From the human T2T-CHM13v2.0 reference genome, Homo sapiens: a DNA stretch of 64,000 nt. The translations under genes and the position numbers were made by a program. Within the stretch, counting starts at the first letter, position 1. Each line of letters begins with the position of its first letter. The notes under the pieces are model-generated. The model was not told the DNA's origin, did not search any database, and saw only the letters and a list, made by a program, of their open reading frames with translations. Positions 29,714-42,810 of this stretch are shown here, piece after piece. The stretch lies in assembly GCF_009914755.1 (NCBI RefSeq), contig NC_060928.1. One strand, written 5' to 3'.

Positions 29714-30982
29714 CCAGCTGCCCTCAGTGCTGCTGTTTTAGAATTTTTCTTTACTGTGCTCCCTCTCTAGCAGACTCTCCTTTCATGGAATCTCTGAAGC
29801 AGTGCTTCCTTCTGTTACTCAGTTTTATGTTACATAACAATAGATGCTTGTTTACTTTTATTTCCCCTCCCCAATTAGATTATTACCTTTTTGAGATCTG
29901 GGACCATGTCTTACCTAGTATCCACTTTAGCATCTAGCATGATGCCTTGCATAGCTACCCAAATATGTATTGAATTGAACTTAAATGATCAACTATTGAA
30001 TAACTTGTGCATTATCTAGAAAAATTAATTCTTCCTGCTCCTGTTGTCTTTCATTATCTTTAGATTTTTCTTCAAGGAACACAAGCTTTCACCTACTCAT
30101 TCTTTGCATTTTTTAGACAAAGTCAGTTGTATGCAAACTAATTTAATATTTCTTTTTCAAACATGCAGATATCAGTTTTAGAGAATGTGGCGTGGAGAAA
30201 TTCTCAAGGAAAGAGTAAAATGCTGGTGATGTGCTGAGGGAACAGAAGGAGTGTTTGTGAATGTGCACACGTCCGTTTCTGGTCTCTCGTGTCAGCGTCC
30301 TACCTGCAGAAGGTTAAGGCAGCATTAACAGGTCTGATGTTAAGGGGCCTAGAGTGTTTGTCCTTTTCCCTTCTTTTTGTTTTATATCCATATTCTGGTC
30401 CTAAGGATTTATTTCTTAAGTTAACAATATAGTGAGATCACTGAAAGTCTTTCTTCAGATTTACAGAGTAAAATTTTCTTTGATGAATCTGACATAAATG
30501 CTGGTAAATTTTTATAGTTGGTCAACTCGAATTGGTATTAATTCTTCTCATAGCTTGCTTTTTTTCTTTTGAAATTTACATTAGGAGAAGTACCTCTTGA
30601 GAAGTATTCTAAGCAGAACATGTATTTTAAAATGTGTTTTAAGAAGGAAAACATTGAAATGCATTCTAAATAGAATTAGGTATTTTAACAATCATTGTGT
30701 GACAGTTTTAGATGTAGCAAAGTATCTGCTACTTCAGGTTTGAATTGCTTTTAATCAGAAAATGCTGTTAATGAGTTATGTTCAATCTAGGAAGATAGGC
30801 TTGTCATTTGTAACTAATGTACTGAAAAAAACACTAGATATGAAAAAGACCCCTGCCCTCTTCAAATAGCATTACCTGTGGTATGATTTATTTTAGTTCT
30901 GCCTTCGAGGATTTTTTTTTCCTTGTGAAATTTTTTGCTGGCCTGTATCAGTAGATTTGCAGAGACGGGGAGTAATCCATTT

Positions 30983-32102
30983 GTGCTTCTCCCCCTGCCC
31001 CACAACCACAATTGTTGGCTTTTAACATATGTCATCTTAGGCCTCCTCCATATTAGTTTATGATTAGTGTCTGTAATGGACACTGTCAGTCCATTGACTC
31101 TTGGTCTGATTGGAGAATTCTTACCCTGGCAGGCAGATCTTCTCAGACACACTCGCCTGAGACTGTGAACCTGAGGCTGGAGGCAAGGAAAGAAGAGTAG
31201 CCCATGTGGCCATTTTCTGGGGGGATGCACAGTGGTGGCTGCTGTGCTGCTTCTAGAGGCAAGGTCTAGTTGTTGCTGCAATGATGATGCAGTCTGCTGT
31301 GTCCCCTTAGGCATTGTTATGGCCAGGGGGAGATTCTGTGAACTGTCTAATAGCCGCCTCCCCTTTTTTTAAATCACTTTTCTGTTTAAATTACCTAGAA
31401 TTAGTTTCTGATGCTCTCAACTAAGAATTCTGATACTTCAGCATCCAGACTTGTCACTGTCACTGGTCAGATACGTGGTAGAAGCCCTTGTGAAGAGCAG
31501 TGATGTATCTTTTTCATCCTGGCTGCCTGTACATTCTGGTCAGAGGTGACCCAGAGGACTGGAGGAGGACACAGTCGATATCAGCTGTGGGTCGTGGGAG
31601 CTGTGTTTGCTGGTGGTCAGGCAGGACTCCCGAACCACACACTAGCCCAGCCCACTGGGTCTCATCATGTGCCACTCTTTACTGCTGCTTTTTCCTAATT
31701 CTTTGTCCCCCAAAAGTTGGGATGCCTAGGAGCTAATACATAACTCCTTGTGCATTTTTTTTTTGGCTCTGATGTGGGAATATTAGCTACAGAAATATGT
31801 GTGTGTGTGCGTGTGTGTGTGTGCGTGTTTTAGTGGAATGTTTATTTTGTTTAGCCAAAAATTACATCTGATGTACCAAATACCTTTTTAGTCAACATTA
31901 TTTAGGTATAATTTCACGTATTATAAAATTATACTCATTTTAAGTGTTGTTGGGTGAATTTACTAAAGATATAGAACATTTCATTACCCCAAAAGTTCCC
32001 TTGTGTCCCCTTGTAGTCAGTGCTTCTCCTCCTGCCCCACTACCACAATTGTTGGCTTTTAACATATGTTACCTTAGGCCTCCTCCATATTAGCTGATGA
32101 TT
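30983..32102. repeat. 83-bp direct repeat, copies at 30983-31065 and 32020-32102
   Basis: Hand alignment: 77/83 identical, no gaps, offset 1037 bp. Confidence 0.9.
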
Positions 32103-32519
32103 TGTCACTTTGCTGTTCCTGAGGATATTACAGTATAATAAAGGCATGATAAATCTCTCGTTTTTACTGAACTATGAAATCCAAAGAAAAACTATCAGTG
32201 CTGTATAAATTATCAGTCTGATAAATAATACTTTGCCGCACAGAAGTGTCTTGAGTTAGATGACTTGTTCTGGTGAGCGGCTTTCCAGTGGATGGCTTTT
32301 CTGGCTTCTCTGTGGCCTGTAGACATGCAGGGCTCGGGTTTTCTCCCTGGATGTGATGATGTCTTTTAATTGTTATCTGGGTCAGGTTGGGAGGCAAGAA
32401 AGCCAAAATGGCTGAATTCAAATCCTTGCTCTGTCATCTCCTAGCCAAGGGACTGGAGTAGAGTTACCCAGCTGCTCTGTGTGCGCTTCAGAGCCCTCAT
32501 GCCTAAAAATTGCCTGTTG

Positions 32520-33660
32520 AAGGCTGTTCAGTCACCAAGTGTTTATTGGGTATCTACTATGTACCAGGCCCTGCTCTTCATATTTCATGAAGTTTTCCTT
32601 TTAGTGTAGGGGAGGGGGCAGATAGTAACAAGTAAATTGTGTAATACGTCAGATGGTGATAGGTTCTGTAGAGAAAAACAGCAGGGAAGGGGTGCATGCA
32701 GGCACCCCTGTGTGCGGGCGTGGGGTGGGGTGGAGGGTGTTGTAATTTTAAATAGTGGAGCCAGGAAAGGCTTCACTAAGGAGGTTTTAAGCTAAGCCCT
32801 GATGGAGCTGAGGGGCCATTCCAGGCAGAGAGAATACAAATGCAGAAGCTCAGAGTGGGGAGCAGGCCTATATTTGAGGAACAGCAGAGGCTGGGGTGCT
32901 TAGAGTTGTGGGGGAGGGCAGAGGGAAGAAAGTAGGAGGCAAAAATCATAAGTGGTCCAAAGGATTAAATGAGATGAAACACGTAAAGTGTTTTTGATGC
33001 TTACAATTACTGTGTGATGACAGTCTCCTAGGTAGCCTTTAAAAAATCACTCTTGAGAAGAAAAGTTATAAGAAAGAACAGAACCAAATGAGGCATTCCC
33101 TCACTCAGCCATTCAGCAAACATTCAAGGGGATTTTTGCTGCCAGGTGCTGCTGTCACAGGCAGGACTGTGTGGGGGAGACCGGGGCTTCAGGAGCTTCC
33201 TTCAGTGAGTTCATTGTGGAGACAGAAGGAATGGATGCATGGGACGATGATGCCTGCTAGGTTAGATGGATGCCCCGGGGGCTTTGAGAACATGTGGGGA
33301 ATGGTTAGCAGTTGTCATGTGAGTTTTAGCTTTTGAAGTTGGATTATGTGAAGAACAGGATGTGTATGCATGTGCAGGTGGCATATGGGGTCAGGTGGGA
33401 GCTTTCCAAGCCCAGCGACAACATGGCATGGTGGGGACAGAGAACTGTGGCAGGAGAGTGGGTGTTTGGTAGGCTAGAGTGGAGGGGAAGGTGAGGTGCA
33501 GGGCTAGGCAGGAGCTGGTGGCAGGGGTGGGGTGGGGTCGGTGGGAAGAACTCAAAAGAGGCACCAGGGAGAGTGTATGAGTGGAAAGGAACTGAGAGAA
33601 GGAAAGAGAAGTCCCAGGTGGGGCACAGGGAGGGAGGAGGAGCAAAGGGGAATGGGGAGG
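32520..33660. mobile_element. L2 LINE fragments (others at ~36400-36720, 37000-37660, 39820-40440, 54300-54600)
   Basis: L2 3' motifs such as tttattgggtatctactatgtaccaggc, gaaaggcttcactaaggagg and ggccattccaggcagagagaatac. Confidence 0.6.
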
Positions 33661-36600
33661 GACTAACACGAATTCAGTGATGATCTTGGATTTGCTTCAA
33701 CTGCTTTGCCTGCATTAACTCATTTAATCCTCACAGCAACCCTCAATAAGTTAGGGACTGTTATTATCTCTGTTTCACAGATGAGGACGCTGAGGTGTAG
33801 AAAGGTTAACTCCCCTTCTCAAGGTCACACAGCTTATAAGTGGTGAATTGAGATTCTAACTCAAGCATTCTGACTCCATGGTCTTGGTAACCCTCTACTG
33901 CCACTGAAATCATTCTTAACATTTTGTTTGTGCTTTTCATTGAACCCTGATTGGAACACTGCATGTATATTGGAATTCTTTTTTTTTCTTTTGTCACTGG
34001 CCTATGAATGATGCTGACAGAGCCAGCTGATGGATTATCTCTTGGTTCTTTTCTTCTTGGAATGAGTCCCAGCAGGATCAGGATCTGGGATTTCTGAGTC
34101 TCTTCTTTCCCATTCTTCTTCATCCCCTCTCATTTTTGCTGGTTTGCTTACAATGAGAGTAGACATTTAAAAACTGATTTTAAGTGGGAAACTGAAGAAT
34201 TGTGGCAAAGTATTTTCATACTCTTAACTAATGAAATAGTCATTTTTAGTCTTCTTAGATTTTATTTAAATAGACTTTGTTATTTTTAAATATAGGAGAT
34301 CTCAACGACATTGCAGCAAAACTAGAAAACAACTACTAACATCATTTTTACATAACATTTTTGAAATTATTTTTATTTTTTTTCCTGTAGGTTAGGGTAA
34401 GTTTAATGTCTTGTCCTACATATGCAATTCCCAAAATTAAGCCACAGATCACTTCTTAATTATTAATTAAACAGGAAACGGGATAGTTGTACATTTAAGT
34501 CCAATAGCTAGTGAATTAGTAGTTTTAAACACCATCACCTTGTGATCTCTTCTGCCCTGTCTTTTTGTAGTTCTAGGTTCAGTCTGTCTCAGTGTCTTCT
34601 ACGTTCTAAATAATAATAGGGATGAAAACAATTAACGTTGATTGGCACATAATATGGACCAGCACTGTGCTAAGTGCTTGACATGCACCATCTCATTTAA
34701 TAATCCCCACAGTAGCTTCGCAAAGAGGTTCTGTTATTTCGGCTTTATGGATGAGGACACGGGCACAGTGAAGTTTGGAAGCATGTACAGGGTCACTCAG
34801 TTGGGACTCAGTTGGAGCTCTGACTCCAACCCAGGGCTTTATGTTATCAGAGCTGATTGACATTCTTTAACCAAAATCTGGGCTCATTTAACATTAGTGA
34901 GATGGAAAGATTTTTACTGTGAACTACCCAGTGATTCTGTGTGCTTCAGTGGGTAGTACAGATCATTTGTGCTCACCTTCAGTGGGTAGGTGGGGTGAGG
35001 AGAATGAAGCTAGGGCCCTTTGTACCATGTCACATTGGGAGTGCAGCCAGACGGGTGTCCTGAAGTGACTGAGTCCCTTGGGATAGCACCAGCAGGCACA
35101 GGCAGTGTGGTGGGCGATGGATGGATGCTGCCTCCCTTGGGCGGATGGTTTCTTCTCCCAGCCCCTTTTTTGAGTCCTGCAAGAGGAAGAAAAAGCCAGC
35201 AGCAATATGCTTGGATAGCTTTAACTTTGGATCTGTGTTCAGTGAAAATGCTGAGTCACTTTGAATGACCTGTTCCCTTATCAATTTTCTCCTTTGGCTT
35301 TTGTGCCTTGTAAATAGCAAATATTTATTGATGAGGAGAATGAAGTTAGTTAACACCTTCCTCACCTGCTACTTTCAATTCTTTTGGTTTTTACCCTGCT
35401 TTTCAGCTCTGCAATCTTTTTCCTGGACCTTGGCCTTTTCATCGTGTGCTGATAGGGTATGGTGAATGAGTTAGATTCCTGTCTAGCAGTGCTGAGGTTG
35501 TTCCAGGAGTGGATTGGCTACTGGCACGCCAGGGATTGAGTTGAGAGTCAGGGATAGAATCTACTTCTCTGGTTGCATGTTAGAATCACCTGGGCTGCTT
35601 GAGAAACACGTGGTGCCCCACACCCATTTTTATTTAATTGATCTGGATTGGGGCCCTGGTATTTGGTGTTTTTCAGTCTTCTTAGGTGATTCCACTGTGT
35701 AGCCAATGGTTTCATTTAAATATTAATAGCTTAATTAGGAAGCTGGGTTTATTTTGGGCTGTGGAGATGGGGCTCAAAAGATGCAGCAGCTCCCCCATGG
35801 GCACTGCACTGGGCAGATCGTGCAGACCCTTCCTGCTCGCCTATGACATAATAGCCAATTCTTGGTAGTGCTTCCCCTGTGCCACGCACTGTTTGAAGCA
35901 CAGTGCAGCATTAACTCATTTAATCCACACGATATCCTTATGAGGCAGGCACTGTGATTATCCATTTCGTAGAAAAAGAAATTCCTACTTGTAGCCATGA
36001 AGGACATGTAGTATGAAACTGACCCATAAACCTAGGTTTTGGTTTTTCCTAGATTTACAGTATAGAAAACATTTCAGATCTTTGTGTTTTAGTAATTTAG
36101 CCTCAAATGTGAATATATTTGTTTTTACAAATGAAACTGAGACCTGTGCCATGTCATGTAGCTAGTGACTATCAGTTAGCATACAGAGTTGTAAATTGGT
36201 ATTGTAAATCATTTAAAACACTACTTTTTTATGGTTTTGACATAGATTTTACTTTATGGTACATTTTATATTTCAGGTTATTTGAGATGTACCTCATTTT
36301 TAAGGGAATCTTTTTTACTTAAAATTGTATTTTGTACTTTTTAAAAACATATGTACTATGATCTTTGAGTGCATATTAGATCTTCACTGACTTGTGATCT
36401 GACCTGCCTCTTCACATTCTGGCTACTGTAACCCTCCAGGATACTAAGCAAAACTAATAGCAGCATTTGAAGCATGCTCAAGTCCTGCCATTGTAAAACC
36501 CAAACTCCTTCAAACCCACATGCATTTCTAGTCTCCCCTTTAATAGCCAACTTACTGAACAAGTTGTCTTTGCCTGACATAGTCTGTATTTCTTCATCAC

Positions 36601-36762
36601 TCATACAATCCTCAGCCCACTTTGTTCTGGTCTCAGTTCTGTCATTGCAGTCTTTGAGGTCATGGAGTAACCTCCATGTTGCTAAATTCAGTAACTATTT
36701 TTAAAGCATTTATTCCCCTATTTATTGGTACCTGCCTTGTGCTAGGTTTGTGCTGTTGTAGG

Positions 36763-36986
36763 TACAGGTCAAGTGTCCTTTATCTGAAAATCTGAAACCC
36801 AAAATGCACCAAAATCTGAAACTTTTTGAGTGCTGACATGACACTTAGAGGAAATGTTCATTGTAGCATTTCAGATTTTTGGATTAGGAATGTTCAGCTG
36901 GTGAGTATAATACAAACAACAAAACCTGAAGAAATCTGAAATCTGAAATGCTCTGGTCCCAAGCATTTCTGATAAGGGATACTCCA
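36763..36986. mobile_element. Tigger4a/MER46-type TcMar MITE
   Basis: tacaggtcaagtgtcctttatctgaaaatctgaaa..ctggtcccaagcatttctgataagggatactc with inverted ends. Confidence 0.75.
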
Positions 36987-37109
36987 AAAGATATTGGGAT
37001 AGAGTAGTGAATAAAGCAAAAGGAAGTCCCTATCCTCATGGAACTTGGGCTCTAGGAAGAGTGACAAAGACATAAATAAATATTTAATATAATGTCAGGA
37101 TCATGAAAG

Positions 37110-37355
37110 ACCTCCTGTTGTGTGACTCTGCTGATATAAAATGTCTAGAATAGGCAAATCTATAGAGACAGAAAGTAGATTAGTGGTTGCCTAGAGCTGA
37201 AGAGGGGTGAAGGGAGAAATGGGGAATGACTGCTAATAAAAAATGTTTTATTATTAGATTGTGGTGATGTTTGCACAACTCTGAATATACTGAAACCATT
37301 GAATTTTACACTATAATGAGTGAATTCCATGCTATGTGAATTATATTTCAAAGCT
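37110..37355 (+). mobile_element. L1MB/MC 3' end fragment
   Basis: aatgtctagaataggcaaatctatagagacagaaagtagattagtggttgccta..gatgtttgcacaactctgaatatact. Confidence 0.8.
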
Positions 37356-40300
37356 TTTAATATCAGGAAGTGGTAAGTGCTATGAAAAAAATCTAAATCC
37401 ACTGGGAGATGGAGGTACTGTTTTGCATAAAGAAGTTAGATGAGACATCTCTGATGAGGTGACATTTAAATAGATATTTCAGGAAAGATAGCTGTTGGGC
37501 CTGTGAACGTCAAGGGTCATGGAGGCTGAGGGGCACAGTAAATGCAAAGGCCTTGAGGTAGGAATTCACTTGAATATTCACGAATTGTGTGGCTAGAATG
37601 GAGTAGGCAAGGATAATGGAATGGGATGACTTAGGTCAGATCACGTAGAGCCTTGTGAGGACTAGAATTTTTTTTCTTTTATGCTGCAATAGCAAATACA
37701 ACATCTCAGTGATTCAAGTAAAAGGTTGTAATGCATCCTTTGTGGGTTGGAATGGGTCTCTGCTCCACATCGTTGACATTCTCATCCCTAGTCTATCTGA
37801 AACCCATGGGAAAGAGGGCATGTGTTTCTAGAAGGAAGGAAACAAGGCAAATCTAAAGAGTGGCTCCCAACCACAGTGCAGCCTTGGCTTTAACAATTTT
37901 TGTTTTCTTTTCCCATATCACGTGGTACAATTGACTTTTCAGGAGGCTGAGCCATGTGACCCATGGCTTGAAACACCCTTAAGCATTCCCTGGTGAATCC
38001 CAGTTAGAGAGGCAGATCCCTATACCTCAGTCGTGTTCTTGTTCTGTTCCAGAGACATTTAGATGAGTGCCAAGGTTAGATGGTAACCTTTAATTTTGTC
38101 CAATTTTGTTTTGCTTTTTTGGCAATAACATGGTCACTATTTTGCCCTTTCCTTCTGCCGCCTTTACAGGTTTATTTCATCATTTTCATCGTCACTTGAA
38201 AAGCATTTGTTAAGAGCATAATACTGTTTAAAACTTTTATATCTGAGAGAATTGTTCAGCTGTAGTTTAATAATAAAACACTTTGATGATGCTTTAGTGA
38301 CCAGAAGAGCGAATTGTGCTTAAAAATAGAAAGTTAACACTGGTGTTAAATCTTTTCTGTACCATTATTTCCCTGGGGGAAAAATGGTGAATTGTTTTAG
38401 ATTCAGCCAGTTTTAAAATTTTTTTCTTTAATATTAAATTACTTTAAGTGTGTGGTTGCTTGTTGACAGCTTTGGTTAGGAAACGTTGCTGCTTTTTTCC
38501 TATTACAGAGTGTAAAGTTAGATTGATATTTTTGCTTTTATTGGAAATAATTTAGAATGGAAGAAGTAGCCTTGGATTGGGAGTTAGAAGATAAGAGTTT
38601 TGCCCAGCTTGGCCATAGCTAGCTCTCTGACTCCGCTCAAGCTAATAAAATGAGAATTGGACAAAAGAACATGAACCATTGAGTGCCTCACTTGCTCATC
38701 TCTCACATGCAGTCCTGTTAGTTTTTCCTTACACTGCAATCACATTTTATATAGAGGTTGGTTCTAAAGTCCCTGTGTAAGGTGAAGATCATTGGTGTTA
38801 AAAATACCACTGGAAACACTTGCAGAAGATTCCTCTTTGGAAGCTGTCTCAGAAGAATCCAGCACAGCCTATTCCTTCCTCCAGCATTGGAATAGATCTC
38901 TGGCTGTTTATTTGAGCACCAGTTGAAGCATCTGGCCTCGTCTTCAACTTCAGTTTAGGGACCATGTTTTATGAAAATACATCACTTTAAATACTCGACT
39001 CATACCGTATTGTGAGATGCACAAAATCTGATTGGCATGTGGAAACTGAGACCAACAGAGTGACTATTCATGTGTCATGTCTCGTGCTCATTAAGTAGAA
39101 GGGAGGGTGGGCAGTTAGTGAGACAACTGAAATTTCTTTTCATCTCGCTTCTTCCTTTTTTATTTTTTTTGACCAAATGAGAAGAGTTGAATTTGTGTAA
39201 GCTAAATATCTATTTTCTGCAACTCCAGTGTACTCAGAATCTCTCCTCTCCATTTTTACAGCCAGTGTCTAACTTACGGCCCTAATGCTTTCCCACCTCA
39301 GTCACTTCTAGTCATCTCCATAAATGGCCACTCTAAATTCAGATCACCCATCATCTTTGCTGCACACTTGTCCTAGAGTGATCTTTTTAAATAACTCTCC
39401 TGATCAGAACACCTCCATGGCACCAAGACTCTCAAAGGAGTGCTTCTCAGACTTCCCACCAATGTTTTCCTGTACAGAGTTTGGTGGAATAAGTTGTTTC
39501 AGGGTCCTGGGAGCACAGCTTGATGTGGGGATTATGTTTGTTTTCATGTAAGACTGTCATATTATTGCTGATTAGAATTGATGCTGCTGGAATGTGCCAT
39601 TCCTGTCATTACGTTTGCATGGTCTCTGGTGCCTGTGTTTGAGGTACAGATCCTTAGGAGATTAAATCTAAACGCTCAAGCAGGATTCACAAGTTCTTCA
39701 TTTTCTGATCTTTGCCTTCCTGTTCAGTCTCCTCTTACCATGACACTTCTCACATTTGAAGATCACTTGAAGTGCCCTGAATGTATTGAATTTAAGCCTT
39801 TGGTGCCTTTGTATCTGCGTTTATTCATTTGTTGAATATTTATTGAGCACCTAATATGTGCCAGGTACTCTTCTAGGTATTAATATTACGGGATACAGCA
39901 ATGGGCAAGATTTAAGTCTTGGCCCTTGTGGAGCTTACATTCTAATGGGAGAGGATGATGACAAATATATAATATAATGTCAGATGGTATTAATGCTGTG
40001 AAGAAAAGCAAAGCATGGTAAGATGATAGAGTGAAGATGGGGCTCTGTTGGTCTGGCAAGGTTATGTAAGGAGGTGATTTTTAAGAATTTTATCCTTAAT
40101 TGACAAATAATTGTATATATTTACGGAGTACAATGTGATGTTTTGATACATGCATAATTGTGGAGTGATCAAATCAGACTAATTAACATATCCATCAAAG
40201 GTGATATTAAAATGGAAACCTGATGAAGTATGAGAGCAACCATGTTATTATTAGGGGGAAGAGCGCTCAAGGTAAGGAGAACAGCACGTGCAAAGGCGCT

Positions 40301-40698
40301 GAGGTGGGAGTGTTCTTGGAGTGTTAATGGAGCAGTAGGAAGCTCACTGTGGCTGAGTAGAATGAACAAGGGGAAGATGAGTAGAAGATGAGATTGGAGA
40401 GATTAGCAGATGCAGGGTGTACAAGGCCCTGAGCCCATGATAAGTTTTCTTTTGCTTTGAACAGCTTCCCCTTCCATCTGTAACTATTGGGTGAGGTGGA
40501 ATTAATTTTAATTTGTTCTACATGCTGACCAGTTGCCCCTCTGTTTACTGAATTATTATGTCTTCTCCATTGAGTTTGAAATGCCATTTAATTATATGTT
40601 GTGTATGTGTATTTATACGTATATGTTTATCAGCTCTCTGTCATTGATTTTTCTTCTTGCACACATAGTATAACATTTTAATTACTGTACCTTTATAC

Positions 40699-40909
40699 CA
40701 GGTCTTGGCAAACAATGGCCCATGGGGCAAATCCAGCCCTACCACCTGGTTTTTATAAATAAAGCTTTATTGGAAAGCAGCCATACTTACGTATTGTTTA
40801 TGGCTGCTTTTGAGCTACTATGGCAGTGTAGTTGCAACAGAGACTGTATGGGCCAGAAATCCAGAAATATTTACAATCTGGCCCTTCATACAGAGTTTAC
40901 CAGGCTCTG
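40699..40909. mobile_element. MER58A (hAT-Charlie) nested in an old antisense L1M ORF2 fragment (~40440-41400)
   Basis: Perfect 8-bp TSD CTTTATAC at 40691-40698 and 40910-40917; MER58 core aaataaagctttattggaa; host ORF 40818..41108 LILKFIWRNK..AKKLLKK..LALSDI..YKA is L1 ORF2. Confidence 0.88.
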
Positions 40910-42400
40910 CTTTATACTGTGTATTGATATCTGATAGGGCAAGTTCATCCTCATTCTTTTTCAACAATTTCTTGGCAGGCCTAACATGTTTATTTCTCCA
41001 GATGAACTTTAGAATCAATCTGCCAAGCTTGCCTGACTTCCTTCTTTTCCCCACCTCTTTTTGGGGTGGAGAACTGGGGAGCCAGCAGAATAGGAATTTT
41101 GATTGCATTAATTTGTGGTTTAGTGAAGGGAGAAGTGATTGCTTTACAACGTTGGGTCTTTCTATTCCAGAAATATCTCTTTACGTGTATATCTTTCAGT
41201 AAACTTTAATTGTTCATTCTGAACAATAAAATCATACATATTGGAGTTTATTCCTATATGTATTGTTGCTTTTTGTTGCCATTATAATTGCGTTCTTGTC
41301 CCAGTTATATTTTGCAAGTGACTATGGTATAAAGGGAAGTTTTTGCTTTTTATGTATTTAAATTCTGTTTCTAACCCTCTTATGAGAGTAAACTATTAGG
41401 ACTGTTAATTTTTGTTTCTTTTGATTGAGAGTCATTGTCTGAACTTACCAATAATTGTTTTATTAATGTTTATGTCTCCCCCTGTATTGTGTAGTTTTCT
41501 TACCTAGAGTAGTTTGGGGGAATGGACTTTGACCCCCTCAATGGCATTCATTTTTTTTTCTTTTGTGTAGGTCACAGCAAATGGTAGTTAAAACAAGCAA
41601 AAAAAAAAAAAAAAAAAAAAAAACCCAGACAAGTTTATGCCCAATCAGCAGTTGTTGGTAGTTTTAAGAAAATCCAGAAGATAATCTAGGCAAGCTATTT
41701 ATCAAGCAGGCTGTGCCTTTGTAGAGCTGATTGCTGGTTTTAATACAGACTATAGAGTTGCCATGTCACACAGGAGAGTCAGACTCAGCACTGCTTTACT
41801 TTGGAGAGCCGTCTGATCATGGAATGCAGTCAAAACCCAGCATTTATCCTTTGGAATTGAAATACGAGCAGAAGGAGATTTTTATCAATCAGTGCTTTCC
41901 AGAATACGTTCTCGGTAAAGCATTTGATCTTTACCCTTAACATCTAGGCCTTAAGGAGGTGAAATCTACTGTAGATTTCAAGGGCTATTACTTGCCATGA
42001 GCATTGAACAGATGAACTGTAAATCCAATGTGTGTTAACCTTTGTGAATCTATCTTTTAATGACATTTTTGTCTTTTTTTTCTCCTGAATTTGTGTCTTA
42101 ACTTCTCCTTATGTTGATGAGACGAAAGAAAAATTATCCATGTTACTGGTTTCATTTCTTCCTTTTTCTTTTTTCTTTTTTTAGTTGAAGTGATGATGAT
42201 GTGGTAGCAATAGGGATTGGATATAGAAATGGATAATTGGTGACATATATTATGTATTTGTGAAATGAACCTGTTTACTCTTGTTGCCTTTAGTAAAGTA
42301 AAACTTCATACGTGGAACCTGATTTTAAACATAATATCTGTATTTTTGTTCCTGTGTGTTGTGATTATCTGCAGTCAACATTATGAACATCAGTTGCTGG

Positions 42401-42810
42401 TATATGAGTCGCAGTGCCATTCTTGCATTACTATAAAGAAATACCTGAGACTGGGTAATTTATAAAAGAAAAGAGGTTTAATTGACTCACGGTTCTGCAG
42501 GCTTTACAGGAAGTATGGTGCTGGCATCTGCTTGGCTTCTAGAGAGTCTTACAATCGTGGAGGAAGGTGAATGGAGAGCAGGCACACCACATGGCGAAAG
42601 CAGGAGCGAGAGAGAGAAAGGGTGAGAGGAGGTGCCACACACTTTTAAATGACTGAACCCCATAAGAACTCACTCACTGTCTCAAAGACAGCACTAAGCC
42701 ATGAGGGATCCGCCCCCATGATCCAAACACCTCTCACCAGGCCCCACCTCTGGCACTGAGAATTACAGTTCAACATAAGACTTAGGTGGGGACATATCCA
42801 AACTATATCA
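42401..42810 (-). mobile_element. MSTA-type MaLR solo LTR
   Basis: ataaagaaatacctgagactgggtaatttataaa..gggatccgcccccatgatccaaacacct..ccaaactatatca. Confidence 0.88.
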
